Both the position numbers and the translations under genes were made by a program. From an uncultured Alphaproteobacteria bacterium (GTDB taxonomy: Bacteria > Pseudomonadota > Alphaproteobacteria > Rhizobiales > Xanthobacteraceae), in contig CAVXOE010000010.1 in the NCBI GenBank assembly GCA_963763365.1, positions 30 to 64,029 on the forward strand: a DNA stretch of 64,000 nt, in the 5' to 3' direction. This document shows positions 29,486 through 39,459 of the stretch, one piece after another. How positions within the stretch are numbered: the first letter of the stretch is position 1; each line of letters opens with the position of its first letter. Under the pieces are notes generated by a model. That model saw only the letters and a program-made list of their open reading frames with translations, was not told the DNA's origin and did no database searches.

Positions 29486-30262
29486 ATGTCAGAGCCCATC
29501 TGGAACAAGTTTCTCACCGACCGCGACAAGGCGGTGTTCGGCACCTCCGGCTATGGCGCGCGCGGCGGCTTCGGCAAGCGGCCGGCCCTCCTCATCATCG
29601 ACGTGAACTATGCGTTCTGCGACGAACGCCCGATGCCGATCCTCGAGTCGATCAAGCGCTGGCGCAATTCCTGCGGCGAGGATGCGTGGGTCGCGATGCC
29701 GTATCTCAAGCAGCTCATCGACAAGGCGCACGAGAAGGGCATCCCGGTGATCTACACCACCGGCGTTCGGCGCGAGGACAACTGGGACAACGGCAGCTGG
29801 AGCTGGAAGAACAACCGCTCCGGCGAAGACACGGCGAGCCGGCCCGCCACCAACATCGACGGCAACGAGATCGTCGCCGAGATCGCGCCGTCCCAGCAGG
29901 ACATCGTGGTGCTCAAGCAGAAGCCGTCGGGCTTCTTCGGCACCAACATGGCGAGCTACCTCACGTTGCTCGGCTGCGACAGCATGATCGTCACCGGCAC
30001 GACCACGTCGGGCTGCGTGCGCGCGACCGTGCTCGATGCCTTCAGCCTGAACTATCGCATCGCGCTCGCGGAGGAAGGCTGCTTCGACCGCTCGCAGGCG
30101 AGCCACGCCATCAACCTGTGCGACATGAACGCCAAGTACGCCGACGTGGTGAAGACCGCGGAGGTGCTGGAGTTCTTCGACACGCTGCCGAGCGGCATGT
30201 TCGACCTGCCGAAGGGCGCGCCGCAGGCGGCGCCCAAGCCCAAGCTCGCGGCGAATTTCTGA
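29486..30262 (+). CDS. Isochorismatase-family cysteine hydrolase (nicotinamidase / N-carbamoylsarcosine-amidase-like)
   Basis: 258 aa. Catalytic-triad context: LLIIDVNYAF (Asp), KQKPSGFFGT (Lys), MIVTGTTTSGCVRATVLDA (Cys). Confidence 0.85.
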   Translation: MSEPIWNKFLTDRDKAVFGTSGYGARGGFGKRPALLIIDVNYAFCDERPMPILESIKRWRNSCGEDAWVAMPYLKQLIDKAHEKGIPVIYTTGVRREDNWDNGSWSWKNNRSGEDTASRPATNIDGNEIVAEIAPSQQDIVVLKQKPSGFFGTNMASYLTLLGCDSMIVTGTTTSGCVRATVLDAFSLNYRIALAEEGCFDRSQASHAINLCDMNAKYADVVKTAEVLEFFDTLPSGMFDLPKGAPQAAPKPKLAANF

Positions 30263-30283
30263 TCTGAACAGATTTCTCTCCGC

Positions 30284-30371
30284 GTCATGGCCGGGCTTGT
30301 CCCGGCCATCCACGTCTTTAGTCACGTCAACACGACAAGACGTGGATGCCCGGCCCAAGGCCGGGCATGAC
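30284..30371. repeat. REP-like composite palindrome, family A (short form)
   Basis: gtcatggccgggcttgtcccggccatccacgtcttt ... aagacgtggatgcccggcccaaggccgggcatgac. Lies between convergent stops at 30262 and 30404. Confidence 0.85.
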
Positions 30372-30403
30372 GAATAGCGGAAGTCGTTGAGCAGCACTTC
30401 TGT

Positions 30404-31651
30404 TCAAATCAGCTTCGAGCCCGGCGGCAGGCCGAGCAGCACCTGCCCGACCAGTTCGAAATTGTGGAACTGGCCCTGCACCTGCTGGATCACGGTGTGC
30501 AGGTCGCGGAAGCGGCGCTCGTAGGCATTGTCCTCGAAGATCGCCGTCGCTCCGGCCGCGTGATAGACCGCATCGACGACATCCTTGGACTGGTGGGCGG
30601 CATAGACGCTCGCCAGCCGCAGCGCGGCGCGCTGCTCGAGCGAAATCTCGTCGCCGTTCGATACCGTCGCCCACAGTTCCCGCAACGTCTGCAACAACAG
30701 GGCGCGCGAGGAATTGAGCTTGGCCTCGGCGATCGCGACCTGCGATTGGATCACCGCGTTCTCGCGCAATACCTTGGTCTGCCGGTACGCGGTCTTGCCG
30801 ACGGCGAGCCCGACGAAATGATCGAGCATCGAGCGCGCGATGCCGAGCGCGATGCCGGCAAATCCCACCCCGTAAAGCTGAAACGTCGTGAAGCGGTAGA
30901 GCGGACCGAATTCGCGGCGGTCAGCGTCCGACTCGCGGGTCAGCGTATAGGCCTCCGGCACGAACACGTCGGCGCACGAGAAGGTGTTGCTGCCGGTGCC
31001 CTTCAGGCCCACCACGTGCCAGACGTCCGTCACCGTGACGCTCGATTTCGGGATCACCATGGTACGGTCGAGCGGTTTACCGTCTGGCCCGGGCCGCAGG
31101 CTGCCGTCGCGCTCGACGATGACGCAGTGGCCGCCGACCCAGGTGGCGTGCATGAGCCCGCTGGCGAAGGTCCAGGTTCCGGTGACCCGGTAGCCGCCGT
31201 CGGCCACGACTGCGCGCGGCTTGCCGTCGGTCGGGCCCCAGCACAGTACGGCGCGCGGATCGCCGAACACGTCGCGCGCGACGTTCGGCGCCAGGAAGGC
31301 CGCCGCGATCGAGCAGCCCGAGCCCTGCACGACGCACCAGGCGGTACTGGCATCGGCCTTGGCGATCTCCTCGATCACCTGCACGTAGGTCGCGGGTTCC
31401 AGCTCCATCCCGTCGCACGAGCGCGGCATGAGCATGCGGAACAGCCGCGCGTCATGCAGTGCCGCCAGCACGTCCGGTGCGAGGCGGCGCCCGGCCTCGG
31501 TCTCGGCGGCATGCGCTTCGATCAGGGGCGCAAGCTCGCGCGCCCGCGCGATGCAGTCGCCGGCGGCGATCGGCTCCTCGCCCGGATCCTCGGAAAATGC
31601 CCGCTTCAGCATTGGCTGGTTCGTTTCCTCGCTGCCGGCATTCTGGCGCAT
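30404..31651 (-). CDS. Acyl-CoA-dehydrogenase-fold flavoprotein (group D flavin monooxygenase-like)
   Basis: 415 aa with ACAD N/middle/C-terminal layout (…TAWCVVQGS…, …GTWTFASG…, …VYHAAGATAIF…). The start is uncertain; the alternative Met at 31612 is equally plausible. Confidence 0.7.
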   Translation of the reverse strand: MRQNAGSEETNQPMLKRAFSEDPGEEPIAAGDCIARARELAPLIEAHAAETEAGRRLAPDVLAALHDARLFRMLMPRSCDGMELEPATYVQVIEEIAKADASTAWCVVQGSGCSIAAAFLAPNVARDVFGDPRAVLCWGPTDGKPRAVVADGGYRVTGTWTFASGLMHATWVGGHCVIVERDGSLRPGPDGKPLDRTMVIPKSSVTVTDVWHVVGLKGTGSNTFSCADVFVPEAYTLTRESDADRREFGPLYRFTTFQLYGVGFAGIALGIARSMLDHFVGLAVGKTAYRQTKVLRENAVIQSQVAIAEAKLNSSRALLLQTLRELWATVSNGDEISLEQRAALRLASVYAAHQSKDVVDAVYHAAGATAIFEDNAYERRFRDLHTVIQQVQGQFHNFELVGQVLLGLPPGSKLI

Positions 31652-31757
31652 TCGCTAGGCCGGTCAATGCCGCCCACGGGCGCGCGCGGAGCCGTAGCCA
31701 TCGGCCGCAAGCTTTGCGATAAAGCGCCACGATCGATGGTCAGCGCCGAGGGTTGAG

Positions 31758-34073
31758 ATGGGTGAATTTGCGATAGGTCAGTCGGTTTCGCGTTTCGAGG
31801 ACCCGAGGCTGCTCAAGGGGGGCGGCCGCTATGTCGGCGACATGGTGTTGCCCGGCATGGCATTCGGATACGTGCTGCGCTCGCCGCACGCGCATGCGCG
31901 CATCCGCAAGATCGATACCGCCAAGGCCAAGGCCGCGCCGGGCGTGCTCGCGGTGCTGACCGGCGCCGACTGGCAGGCCTCCGGCTGGGGCGACCTGCCG
32001 GTGCCGGGCGGATTGACGCGCCGCGACGGCAGCGTGTTCAAGCCGCCCTATCCGGCACTGGTGAAGGATCACGTGCGGTGGGTCGGCGACTACGTCGCCT
32101 TCGTGGTGGCGGAGACCTACCACCAGGCGCTCGATGCCGCCGAGCGGATCGAGGTGGACTACGAGCCGCTACCGGCGGTGATCTCGACCGCCGATGCCGC
32201 AAAGCCGGGCGCGGCGCGCGTCTGGGACGGCTGCGCCGACAACATCGGCTTCGTGCAGCTCTTCGGCGACAAGGCCGCGACCGACGCGGCGATCGCCAAG
32301 GCGGCGCATGTGGTCAAGCATCGCTTCGTGATCAATCGCGTCACCGCGGCCACCATGGAGCCGCGCGCCTGCATGGGCGACTACAATTCGACCGACGGGC
32401 GCTACACCGTCTATACGACATTGCAGCGCGTGCATCCCTTCCGTTCCGATCTGTCGCCCATCCTGAAGGTTCCCGAGAGCCAGATCCGCGTCGTTGCCGG
32501 CGACATTGGCGGCAGCTTCGGGATGAAGTCGGCGGTCTACAACGAGGTCGCGCTCGTCTTGCTCGCCTCGAAGGTCGTGCGACGCCCGGTGAAGTGGGTG
32601 AGCACGCGCTCGGAGGCCTTTCTCGGCGATGCGCAGGCGCGCGACAATGTCACCGAGGCCGAGCTTGCGCTCGACAAGGACGGCAAGTTCCTCGCGCTGC
32701 GCGTCAACGTCGTGGCGGCGATCGGCGCCTATCTGCAGACCGGCATGAATGCCTTCACGGGCAATATCGGCTCGCTCAACGGCGTCTATAGCTTTCCAGC
32801 CGCGCACGCCGACGTGACCGCGGTGTTCACGCACACCAATCCGGTCCGGCCTTATCGCGGCAACGGCCGACCCGAGGCCGCCTATGTGATCGAGCGGATC
32901 GTCGATCTCGCGGCCGACGAGTTGAAGATCGATCCGGCCGAGCTTCGCCGCCGGAACTACATCACGCCCGAGGCGATGCCGTTCAAGACCGCGCTCACGT
33001 TCACGTACGATAACGGTGAGTTCGAGAAGAGCATGGACATGGCGCTCAAGCTCGCCGACGCGGCAGGCTTCGAGAAGCGCCGCGCCGCGGCGAAGAAGCG
33101 CGGCAAACTCGCCGGCATCGGCTTGTCCAACACCATCGAGCGCGCAGCCGCAGCGGGCTTCGAGGGCGCGGAAATCCGCTTCGACAAATCGGGGGCCGTC
33201 ACGCTGTTCTCAGGCAGCGTCACGCAGGGGCAGGGGCACGAGACCATCTACAAGCAGATCGTGTGCGACCGGCTCGGCATCAATCCGGACCATGTGCACT
33301 ACATTCAGGGCGACACCGATCAGGTGTTTCTCGGCGAAGGCACCGGCGGCTCGCGCTCGGCGACCATCGGCGGATCGGCTTGCCATGTGGCGGCGGAAAA
33401 GATCGTTACCAAGGCGAAGCAGATCGCCGCCCATCTGCTCAAAGTCGACCTCGCCGACGTGAAGTTCGAGGAAGGCATTCTCTCCAGCCCCAAGACCAAT
33501 CGCACGCTCACCATCCAGGAGGTCGCGGCGGCGGCGATCGACCCGGCCAAGATGCCGAAGGAGATGGAGCTCGGGCTGATCGCAACGGCTACCTATACGG
33601 CGCCGGTGCAGAATTTCCCGAACGGCTGCCACATCTGCGAGATCGAGATCGACCCGGATACCGGCGTCTCCGAGATCACGCGCTACAGCGTGGTGGACGA
33701 CGTCGGCACCGTGATCAACCCGCTGCTGCTCAAAGGGCAGATCGTCGGCGGTGTCGCGCAGGGCGTCGGCCAGATCCTGATGGAGGACATCCATTTCGAC
33801 GGCGACGGCCAGCTCATCACCGGCTCGTTCATGGACTACGCCATGCCGCGCGCGACCGACATGAGCGCGGTCGAGGTGAAGAGCAATCCGGTGCCGACCA
33901 AGACCAACCCGCTCGGGGTCAAAGGCGCGGGCGAGGCGGGCTGCGTCGGCGCCATGCCGGCGGTCGCCAATGCGCTGGTCGACGCGCTCGCGCATCTCGG
34001 TGTGCGGCACGTCGAGATGCCCGCAACGCCGGAACGGATCTGGCGCACGATCCGGCAGGCAAACGGGGCGTAG
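31758..34073 (+). CDS. Xanthine-dehydrogenase-family molybdopterin-binding large subunit (CoxL-like, not form I)
   Basis: 771 aa. N-terminus IGQSVSRFEDPRLLKGGGRYVGD. Active-site-loop region NPVRPYRGNGRPEAAYV lacks the form-I CODH VAYRCSFR signature. No adjacent FAD or Fe-S subunit genes. Confidence 0.85.
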   Translation: MGEFAIGQSVSRFEDPRLLKGGGRYVGDMVLPGMAFGYVLRSPHAHARIRKIDTAKAKAAPGVLAVLTGADWQASGWGDLPVPGGLTRRDGSVFKPPYPALVKDHVRWVGDYVAFVVAETYHQALDAAERIEVDYEPLPAVISTADAAKPGAARVWDGCADNIGFVQLFGDKAATDAAIAKAAHVVKHRFVINRVTAATMEPRACMGDYNSTDGRYTVYTTLQRVHPFRSDLSPILKVPESQIRVVAGDIGGSFGMKSAVYNEVALVLLASKVVRRPVKWVSTRSEAFLGDAQARDNVTEAELALDKDGKFLALRVNVVAAIGAYLQTGMNAFTGNIGSLNGVYSFPAAHADVTAVFTHTNPVRPYRGNGRPEAAYVIERIVDLAADELKIDPAELRRRNYITPEAMPFKTALTFTYDNGEFEKSMDMALKLADAAGFEKRRAAAKKRGKLAGIGLSNTIERAAAAGFEGAEIRFDKSGAVTLFSGSVTQGQGHETIYKQIVCDRLGINPDHVHYIQGDTDQVFLGEGTGGSRSATIGGSACHVAAEKIVTKAKQIAAHLLKVDLADVKFEEGILSSPKTNRTLTIQEVAAAAIDPAKMPKEMELGLIATATYTAPVQNFPNGCHICEIEIDPDTGVSEITRYSVVDDVGTVINPLLLKGQIVGGVAQGVGQILMEDIHFDGDGQLITGSFMDYAMPRATDMSAVEVKSNPVPTKTNPLGVKGAGEAGCVGAMPAVANALVDALAHLGVRHVEMPATPERIWRTIRQANGA

Positions 34074-34096
34074 CGCTCCTTCGCAGCGTCGCTATT

Positions 34097-34159
34097 CGTC
34101 GTCCCCGCGTGCGGGACCCAGCCTCTTCGTGCTCAGACGGTCCGCTTGGGGAACGACGG
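34097..34159. repeat. Palindromic repeat, family B (degenerate)
   Basis: cgtcgtccccgcgtgcgggacccag ... ggtccgcttggggaacgacgg. Lies between convergent stops at 34073 and 34191. Confidence 0.65.
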
Positions 34160-34190
34160 GGACAGTATGCGCCATGCGAAGGGCTGCCCG

Positions 34191-35363
34191 CTATTTCCGC
34201 CGCAGCAGATCGCGCAGCTTCTTCGCGCTCGCGAACGCCGCGCGGCGGCCGGTCTCGAGCGCGCACGCGAGACGGAATGCCGTGTTGCTGTCGGGGCCGA
34301 CGCTCACCAGGCGGTCGGCAAGCACCAGCCGCTCGCGCCAGATATGATCGATCATCGGGTGGTTCTCGTCCGCGCACGAATCCGCGCGGATGATGCTCGG
34401 GTCGTCGAGCAACTCCCGTGTCACGTCGAGCAGCAGCTCGACGCCCGGCGAGAAGCGAGCGAAGCGCTCGTCGTAAGCGATCTTCCAGCACCAGGCGGTC
34501 GTGCCGCTTCGGAGTACGATGATGGCGGCGATCGGCCGCGCATCGAGCAGCAATCGGGCGACTCGCGCCTTGCCTTCGCTCGCGAGGTCGGTGACGGCGG
34601 TCTGCAGGAATTTGCGGATATCTTCGTTCTCGCGCGCGGCGGTCCCGGCGCGGCCCTTCCAGCCGCTGGCTTCGAGCGCGAAGAAGTCGTCGACCGCGCG
34701 GAAAACGGGGGCGGATTCGCTGGTGCTTGCCGACATCAGCAAGCCCCGATCGGCCAGCCGCTTGCGCTGGCGGCGCAACTCCTTGCGCTTCTTTCCGCCG
34801 ATCGAGTGCTCCAAATAATCGGCGCGCGCGTCGCCCGGCGCCAGCATCGCGCGGGCGTGTCGGCCAAACGACTTCATACGGCCGCTGCGCCGGTCGATGA
34901 CGTTGCCGAAGGCCCGCGCCCAGGCGCCGTCCTCCGGAACGTACGGCAGCAGCATGAGCTTCGGCAGGTGCGCATCGCGGGCGACATGATCGAGCCACGC
35001 CGCGATCACGGGCTCGCTCAAATCGCGCTCGACCAGCGGCGTGCCGAGCGGTCCGAACGGATGCGTCCAGCCGGTCATGACCGGCAGCGGAATGCCGTAG
35101 CGCCGTCGCGTGATGCGCGCCGGGAAGAAGCCGAGGAGGCGCGGCGGCGCACCGCGCGACCAGACGAGTCCGGCGCCGACGTCCTGTCCGAACACCCGCG
35201 CGGCGGCTCGCGCGAACGCCGGTTCGTAGAACACGTTGGGCTCGAGCGCGCGCGCCGCCAGCGCCCACCATTCGGCCGCGACGGCGCCAAGCTCGGTGAG
35301 GGGCCGCCACTCCACGCGAAAGGACTGCTCAATCGTGCCGTGCACGTGCTCAGCGCTCCGCAC
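34191..35363 (-). CDS. GNAT-family acetyltransferase (CelD/BioF2-like, Acetyltransf_6)
   Basis: 390 aa. The N-terminal W..L...W..L......NVFYEPAF pattern is typical of CelD-like proteins. Its start overlaps the flippase stop by 14 nt. Confidence 0.65.
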   Translation of the reverse strand: MRSAEHVHGTIEQSFRVEWRPLTELGAVAAEWWALAARALEPNVFYEPAFARAAARVFGQDVGAGLVWSRGAPPRLLGFFPARITRRRYGIPLPVMTGWTHPFGPLGTPLVERDLSEPVIAAWLDHVARDAHLPKLMLLPYVPEDGAWARAFGNVIDRRSGRMKSFGRHARAMLAPGDARADYLEHSIGGKKRKELRRQRKRLADRGLLMSASTSESAPVFRAVDDFFALEASGWKGRAGTAARENEDIRKFLQTAVTDLASEGKARVARLLLDARPIAAIIVLRSGTTAWCWKIAYDERFARFSPGVELLLDVTRELLDDPSIIRADSCADENHPMIDHIWRERLVLADRLVSVGPDSNTAFRLACALETGRRAAFASAKKLRDLLRRK

Positions 35364-36756
35364 CGCGCCAGATGAAGACGTGGAGACCGAGCCGGCGTTT
35401 GGTCACCGCGAACAGCGCGATCGATTCGAACACCAGCGCGGAGGCGGTGGCGATGGCGGCGCCGCCGGGGCCGAAGTGCGGGATCAGGATCATGCAGAGG
35501 CAGAAGTTGACCCCGAAAGCGCCGGCATGCACCAGCGCGCAGACGCGCTGCTCGCCCAGCATGTTGAGCAGCCGCTCGATCGGGCCGATGGCGGCGCGCG
35601 CCAGGAGCCCGATCGCCAGGATGAACATCAGGTAGTAGCCACCGGTGAACTCGGGCCCGAACAGGCTGAGGATCGGCCGGCCGAACGCGAGCAACAGCAA
35701 GGTCGCGGCCAGCGACGGCCAGAACGTCCATTTGATCGACTGCGCGAGAAAGGCTGCCAGGCCCGCGCGGTCGCCGGCGACGTGGAAGGTCGAGAAGCGG
35801 TGCGCCGTGGTGGCGGCGATCGAGTAATGGATGAAGGCGACGAGCGCGAGCGTCTTGGCCGCCGCATAGTAGACGGCGACCTCATTGGGCGGCCGGAACT
35901 GCTGCAGCAGCAGTATGTCGGCGTACATCAGCAGCGCGTAGAAGCCCTCCACCAGCAGGATCGGCAGCGCGGTCATGATCCAGATTTTGAAGTCGTAGGC
36001 CTTGGGCCCGGGTTCGACGCGCGCGTCGAGCCTGCGGTTCAGCAGCAGCGTCTGGCCGATCACCGGCAGCCAGACCGAGAGGCCCGCCGCGATCATCGCG
36101 GTCACCGCATCCATCGGCAGATGCGCGAAGTAGGCGGCCGCCATCAGGACGGTCAGCAGAAGCTGCCGGACGACATAGGCCGGCATCATCGAGAGGCCGA
36201 TCCAGTCGTAGCTGCGCGAGATGCCCTCCTGCACGTTGTTCAACGCATAGGCGGGAAACGCGATGCAGGCGAGATAGAGCGGGATCAGCATGTAGTGATC
36301 GAGCCACGGCGCGAGCAGCCAGACGCCGCCGGCGCACAGGAGCGCGACGCCGAGCGCGACAAGGATCGCGAGCCAGCGGCTGCCGGCGTGGAAGCCGCGC
36401 AGCAGCGCGAACAGGCCGCGCTCGCGATATTCCGGGATGAAGCGTTGTGCGGCGGTGCCGAGCCCAAGATCGATCAGTTGGCCGAACAGCAGCACCCAGG
36501 TCCAGACGTAGACATAGATGCCGAACTCGAAGCTGCCCATCCAGCGTGCCAGCAGCACCTGCGAGCCGAACGCCATCACGGCGCTGGCGACCCGGATCAG
36601 GAACACGGTGCCGGAGAGGCGCTGCACCATCAGGTGCTCGGCGTCGAGCAGGCGCGCCTTGAGCCGCGACCAGGACTCATAGAGCGACGAGCGCGCCAGA
36701 ACGCGGGCCTGCTCGGAACCGGTCGCTGCCACACGAGCCTCCCTCGCGGCGGCCAC
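35350..36756 (-). CDS. Polysaccharide/oligosaccharide flippase (MOP superfamily, Wzx/PST-like)
   Basis: 468 aa, about 12-14 predicted hydrophobic helices, and a basic N-terminal region. Typical lipopolysaccharide-biosynthesis-protein architecture. Confidence 0.7.
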   Translation of the reverse strand: MAAAREARVAATGSEQARVLARSSLYESWSRLKARLLDAEHLMVQRLSGTVFLIRVASAVMAFGSQVLLARWMGSFEFGIYVYVWTWVLLFGQLIDLGLGTAAQRFIPEYRERGLFALLRGFHAGSRWLAILVALGVALLCAGGVWLLAPWLDHYMLIPLYLACIAFPAYALNNVQEGISRSYDWIGLSMMPAYVVRQLLLTVLMAAAYFAHLPMDAVTAMIAAGLSVWLPVIGQTLLLNRRLDARVEPGPKAYDFKIWIMTALPILLVEGFYALLMYADILLLQQFRPPNEVAVYYAAAKTLALVAFIHYSIAATTAHRFSTFHVAGDRAGLAAFLAQSIKWTFWPSLAATLLLLAFGRPILSLFGPEFTGGYYLMFILAIGLLARAAIGPIERLLNMLGEQRVCALVHAGAFGVNFCLCMILIPHFGPGGAAIATASALVFESIALFAVTKRRLGLHVFIWRGAER

Positions 36757-37006
36757 GACTACACGTTCACGGCCGCCCGAGCAGGGCTAGCAAGGAAGCG
36801 TTAACATTCGGTTGGGCACCGGACGGCGGGCGAGGGGCTCCCCGCGCCGCGCATGCCAGCACGGCGGGCGGACAGGCAAAACGCGCGGTCGGGGCTCTTG
36901 GAGGCGGCGGCGGCAGTGATAGTCTGTCGCCATCGGCGGCGTGAGGACGCGTCCGCCGGTATCCCAACGGCAAGGCAACAAGACCGGGCACGGGGAGGAG
37001 GATTCC

Positions 37007-38887
37007 ATGAAGGATCTGATCAAGCGGTATCTCGACGACGGCATGTCCCGCCGGCAGCTGGTGACAGGCCTGAGCGCGCTCGGCATGAGCAGCGTTGCGG
37101 CGAATTCGGTCGCACAGTCGCTCGAAACCTTCGGCCAGGGCGCACCGGCGGCCGCCGTACGCCAGGTCAAGGGCACGGGCGGCGCGTTGTTCGTGGCGCA
37201 GCTCAAGGCCGCGGGCGTCGAATTCGTCTTCTTCAACCCGTCGACCGGCGACTACCCGATCTTCGATGCGCTCGTCGACGAGCCCGGCATCCAGCTCATC
37301 AAGGGCATCCACGAGGGTGCCGTGGTCGCGATGGCGGACGGCTACGCGCGCGCGTCGGGCAAGCCCGGCGTGGTGATCGTCGCGAATATCGGCCTGCCCA
37401 ACGCGATGACCCAGATGGTCAACAGCTGGAAGGACCAGATCCCGGTCCTGGTCGCGGCGGCTTCGGTCGAGCAGGAGACGCTCGGGCGCGATCTCATGCA
37501 GGAGACCGACTACGTCGAGACCATGACGTCGCCGATCACCAAGTGGCACTGGGCGGCGAAGACGACGGCGGGAATTCCCGAGACGCTTCGCCGCGGCATG
37601 AAGTTCGCCTCAACGCCGCCGTCCGGTCCGGTCTATCTCACGCTCCCGACCAACAACCTGCGCGAGGAAGCGACCGCTGCGGTCTGGGACAAGGCCAAGT
37701 TCGACGTGCCGATGCGCATCCGTCCCGACAAGGACGACATCGAGAAAGCGGCACGCATCATCCTTGAAGCCAGGAACCCGCTGATGGTGGTGGGCGACGA
37801 AGTCACCTCGTGCCGCGCCGGCAAGGAGGTGGTGGAGCTCGCCGAACTGCTGGGCCTCCCGGTCGCCGCCCAGCCGGGCGGGCTGGGCGCCTGGTCGAAG
37901 CCGTTCCCGACCCGGCATCCGCTGTTCGTCGGGGCGTTCCTGCGGGATATGCGCTATCCGGGCAAGCCCGACGTGCTGATCAACATGGGTCATCGCCATG
38001 GCGAGCGCGCTTCGCCGGGCACAACGCTGATCTCGATCCGGCTGGACGCGGCGAGCCTTGCTCGCGTCGCACCCGTCGACCTGGGCATGGTGGCGGACAT
38101 CAGGCTCGCGGCCGCCGACCTGATCGCAGCGATCCGCGGCATGGCGACGGCGGCGCGCCTCAAGGATATTGCCGCCGCGCGCACCGAAAAGACCCGCGCC
38201 TATACCGCCGAGATGTGGGAGTTCCGCCAAAAGATCGCTCGCGAGAACGCGGGGCGCACGCCGGTCTCGATCGAACGCATCGGGCTCGAGCTCGAAGCCT
38301 CACTCGACAAAGACACCTGCTTCGTCTCCGACTGCGACTCGGGCAGAAACATGGACCAGCTGATGTCGTTCGGCGGCGCCGATAAGCAGTATTTCGGGAC
38401 CGGTCCGAGCGTGCTGGGCTGGGGTACGGCGGCCGCCTTCGGCGTCAAGCTGGCGCGGCCGGACCTGCCGGTGGTTTCGGTGGTGGGCGACGGCAGCTTC
38501 TGCTTCGGCGGCCCGCAGCCGCTGTGGTCGCAGGCGCGCTACAAGGTGCCGGTGCTCAACATCGTGCTGAACAATCACAGCTACAACAACGAGCGCAATC
38601 GCATCTGGCACTACGGTGGCCGCCAGTTCAAGACCGGCCGCGACATGACCTGCTACATCGGAAGCCCCGATGTCGACTACGCCAAGGCATCGGAAGCCTT
38701 CGGCGTGGAAGGCGTGGTGGTGAAGGAGCCGGGAGAGTTCAAGCCCGCGCTCGATCGCGCCAAGCGCGCGGTGGCCGAGGGACGGCCCTATCTGCTGGAT
38801 GTGCACACCTGGCGCGACGGCATCGGCGCCGCGTCAACGTGGCATCCGCCCTACTCGGTCGCCGACATCCGCCAGCGGAAGGTATGA
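37007..38887 (+). CDS. Thiamine-diphosphate-dependent enzyme (ALS/PoxB/BFD superfamily) with twin-arginine export signal
   Basis: 626 aa. ggaggagga precedes the ATG. N-terminus MKDLIKRYLDDGMSRRQLVTGLSALGMSSVAANSVA/QS. Pyr-domain Glu in IHEGAVVAMADGYA. PP-domain motif VVGDGSFCFGG...NIVLNNHSYNNE. Confidence 0.85.
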   Translation: MKDLIKRYLDDGMSRRQLVTGLSALGMSSVAANSVAQSLETFGQGAPAAAVRQVKGTGGALFVAQLKAAGVEFVFFNPSTGDYPIFDALVDEPGIQLIKGIHEGAVVAMADGYARASGKPGVVIVANIGLPNAMTQMVNSWKDQIPVLVAAASVEQETLGRDLMQETDYVETMTSPITKWHWAAKTTAGIPETLRRGMKFASTPPSGPVYLTLPTNNLREEATAAVWDKAKFDVPMRIRPDKDDIEKAARIILEARNPLMVVGDEVTSCRAGKEVVELAELLGLPVAAQPGGLGAWSKPFPTRHPLFVGAFLRDMRYPGKPDVLINMGHRHGERASPGTTLISIRLDAASLARVAPVDLGMVADIRLAAADLIAAIRGMATAARLKDIAAARTEKTRAYTAEMWEFRQKIARENAGRTPVSIERIGLELEASLDKDTCFVSDCDSGRNMDQLMSFGGADKQYFGTGPSVLGWGTAAAFGVKLARPDLPVVSVVGDGSFCFGGPQPLWSQARYKVPVLNIVLNNHSYNNERNRIWHYGGRQFKTGRDMTCYIGSPDVDYAKASEAFGVEGVVVKEPGEFKPALDRAKRAVAEGRPYLLDVHTWRDGIGAASTWHPPYSVADIRQRKV

Positions 38888-39396
38888 CCATGTCCCGCCT
38901 TTGCTGGTTGAGCGGGCTTGCGGCGCTGTTCGTCGCCGCCGCCGGGCCGCTTCACGCGCAGACCGCATTGCCGCCGGGCGAGGGCCGCGACATCGTCGCG
39001 GTCGCCTGCACGCAGTGCCATACGCTCAATCCGCTCACGGCCTCGCGCGATGGGCCGGTCGGATGGAAGCGCCATGTCTACAACATGGTGCTGCGCGGGG
39101 CGCAGTTGAGCCCGCGCGAGGCCGACACCGTTATTGCGTATCTCGTCACGAATTTCGGCCCCGGCCAGCCGCTTGCCGCCGCCAAGCCCATCGTTCTGCA
39201 GAACGGACCCGGCAAGGAACTGGTCGAGACCCGCTGCGCGGTCTGCCACGACCTCGAACGGGTCACGGCCGTCAAGCGGGAGAAGAAAGACTGGGAGGGG
39301 ATCGTCGCCAGCATGTTCGAGCGCTGGGGGATGTCGGCGCCCGACGAAACGCGAACCATCTCCGGTTATCTGGCTGACCGGTACGGCAGCGACTGA
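38884..39396 (+). CDS. Dihaem c-type cytochrome, periplasmic
   Basis: 170 aa. ATGA overlap with the upstream ThDP gene. Signal peptide MTMSRLCWLSGLAALFVAAAGPLHA. Two CxxCH motifs (CTQCH at about 39007, CAVCH at about 39235) lie in two internally duplicated halves. Confidence 0.85.
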   Translation: MTMSRLCWLSGLAALFVAAAGPLHAQTALPPGEGRDIVAVACTQCHTLNPLTASRDGPVGWKRHVYNMVLRGAQLSPREADTVIAYLVTNFGPGQPLAAAKPIVLQNGPGKELVETRCAVCHDLERVTAVKREKKDWEGIVASMFERWGMSAPDETRTISGYLADRYGSD

Positions 39397-39459
39397 ACGC
39401 CCGAAAATCTCGATCCTCGTTTAACCTCACAAGCGCCTCGCGCCAAAGACGGACGCCTC

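Noticed and set aside
33919-36804. Long ORFs 33919-35310 (-), 34146-35375 (+) and 35236-36804 (+)
   Set aside because: They are alternative-frame or antisense shadows of the GNAT and flippase genes. The chosen frames show native-like composition and hydrophobic-helix periodicity; these do not.
36757-37006. Possible TPP or other riboswitch in the 250-nt leader upstream of the ThDP enzyme gene
   Set aside because: I could not find the conserved TPP-riboswitch elements (cugaga / accc...ccugau-type boxes) or a B12 box. Only short generic GC hairpins are present, and the region also serves the divergent flippase promoter.
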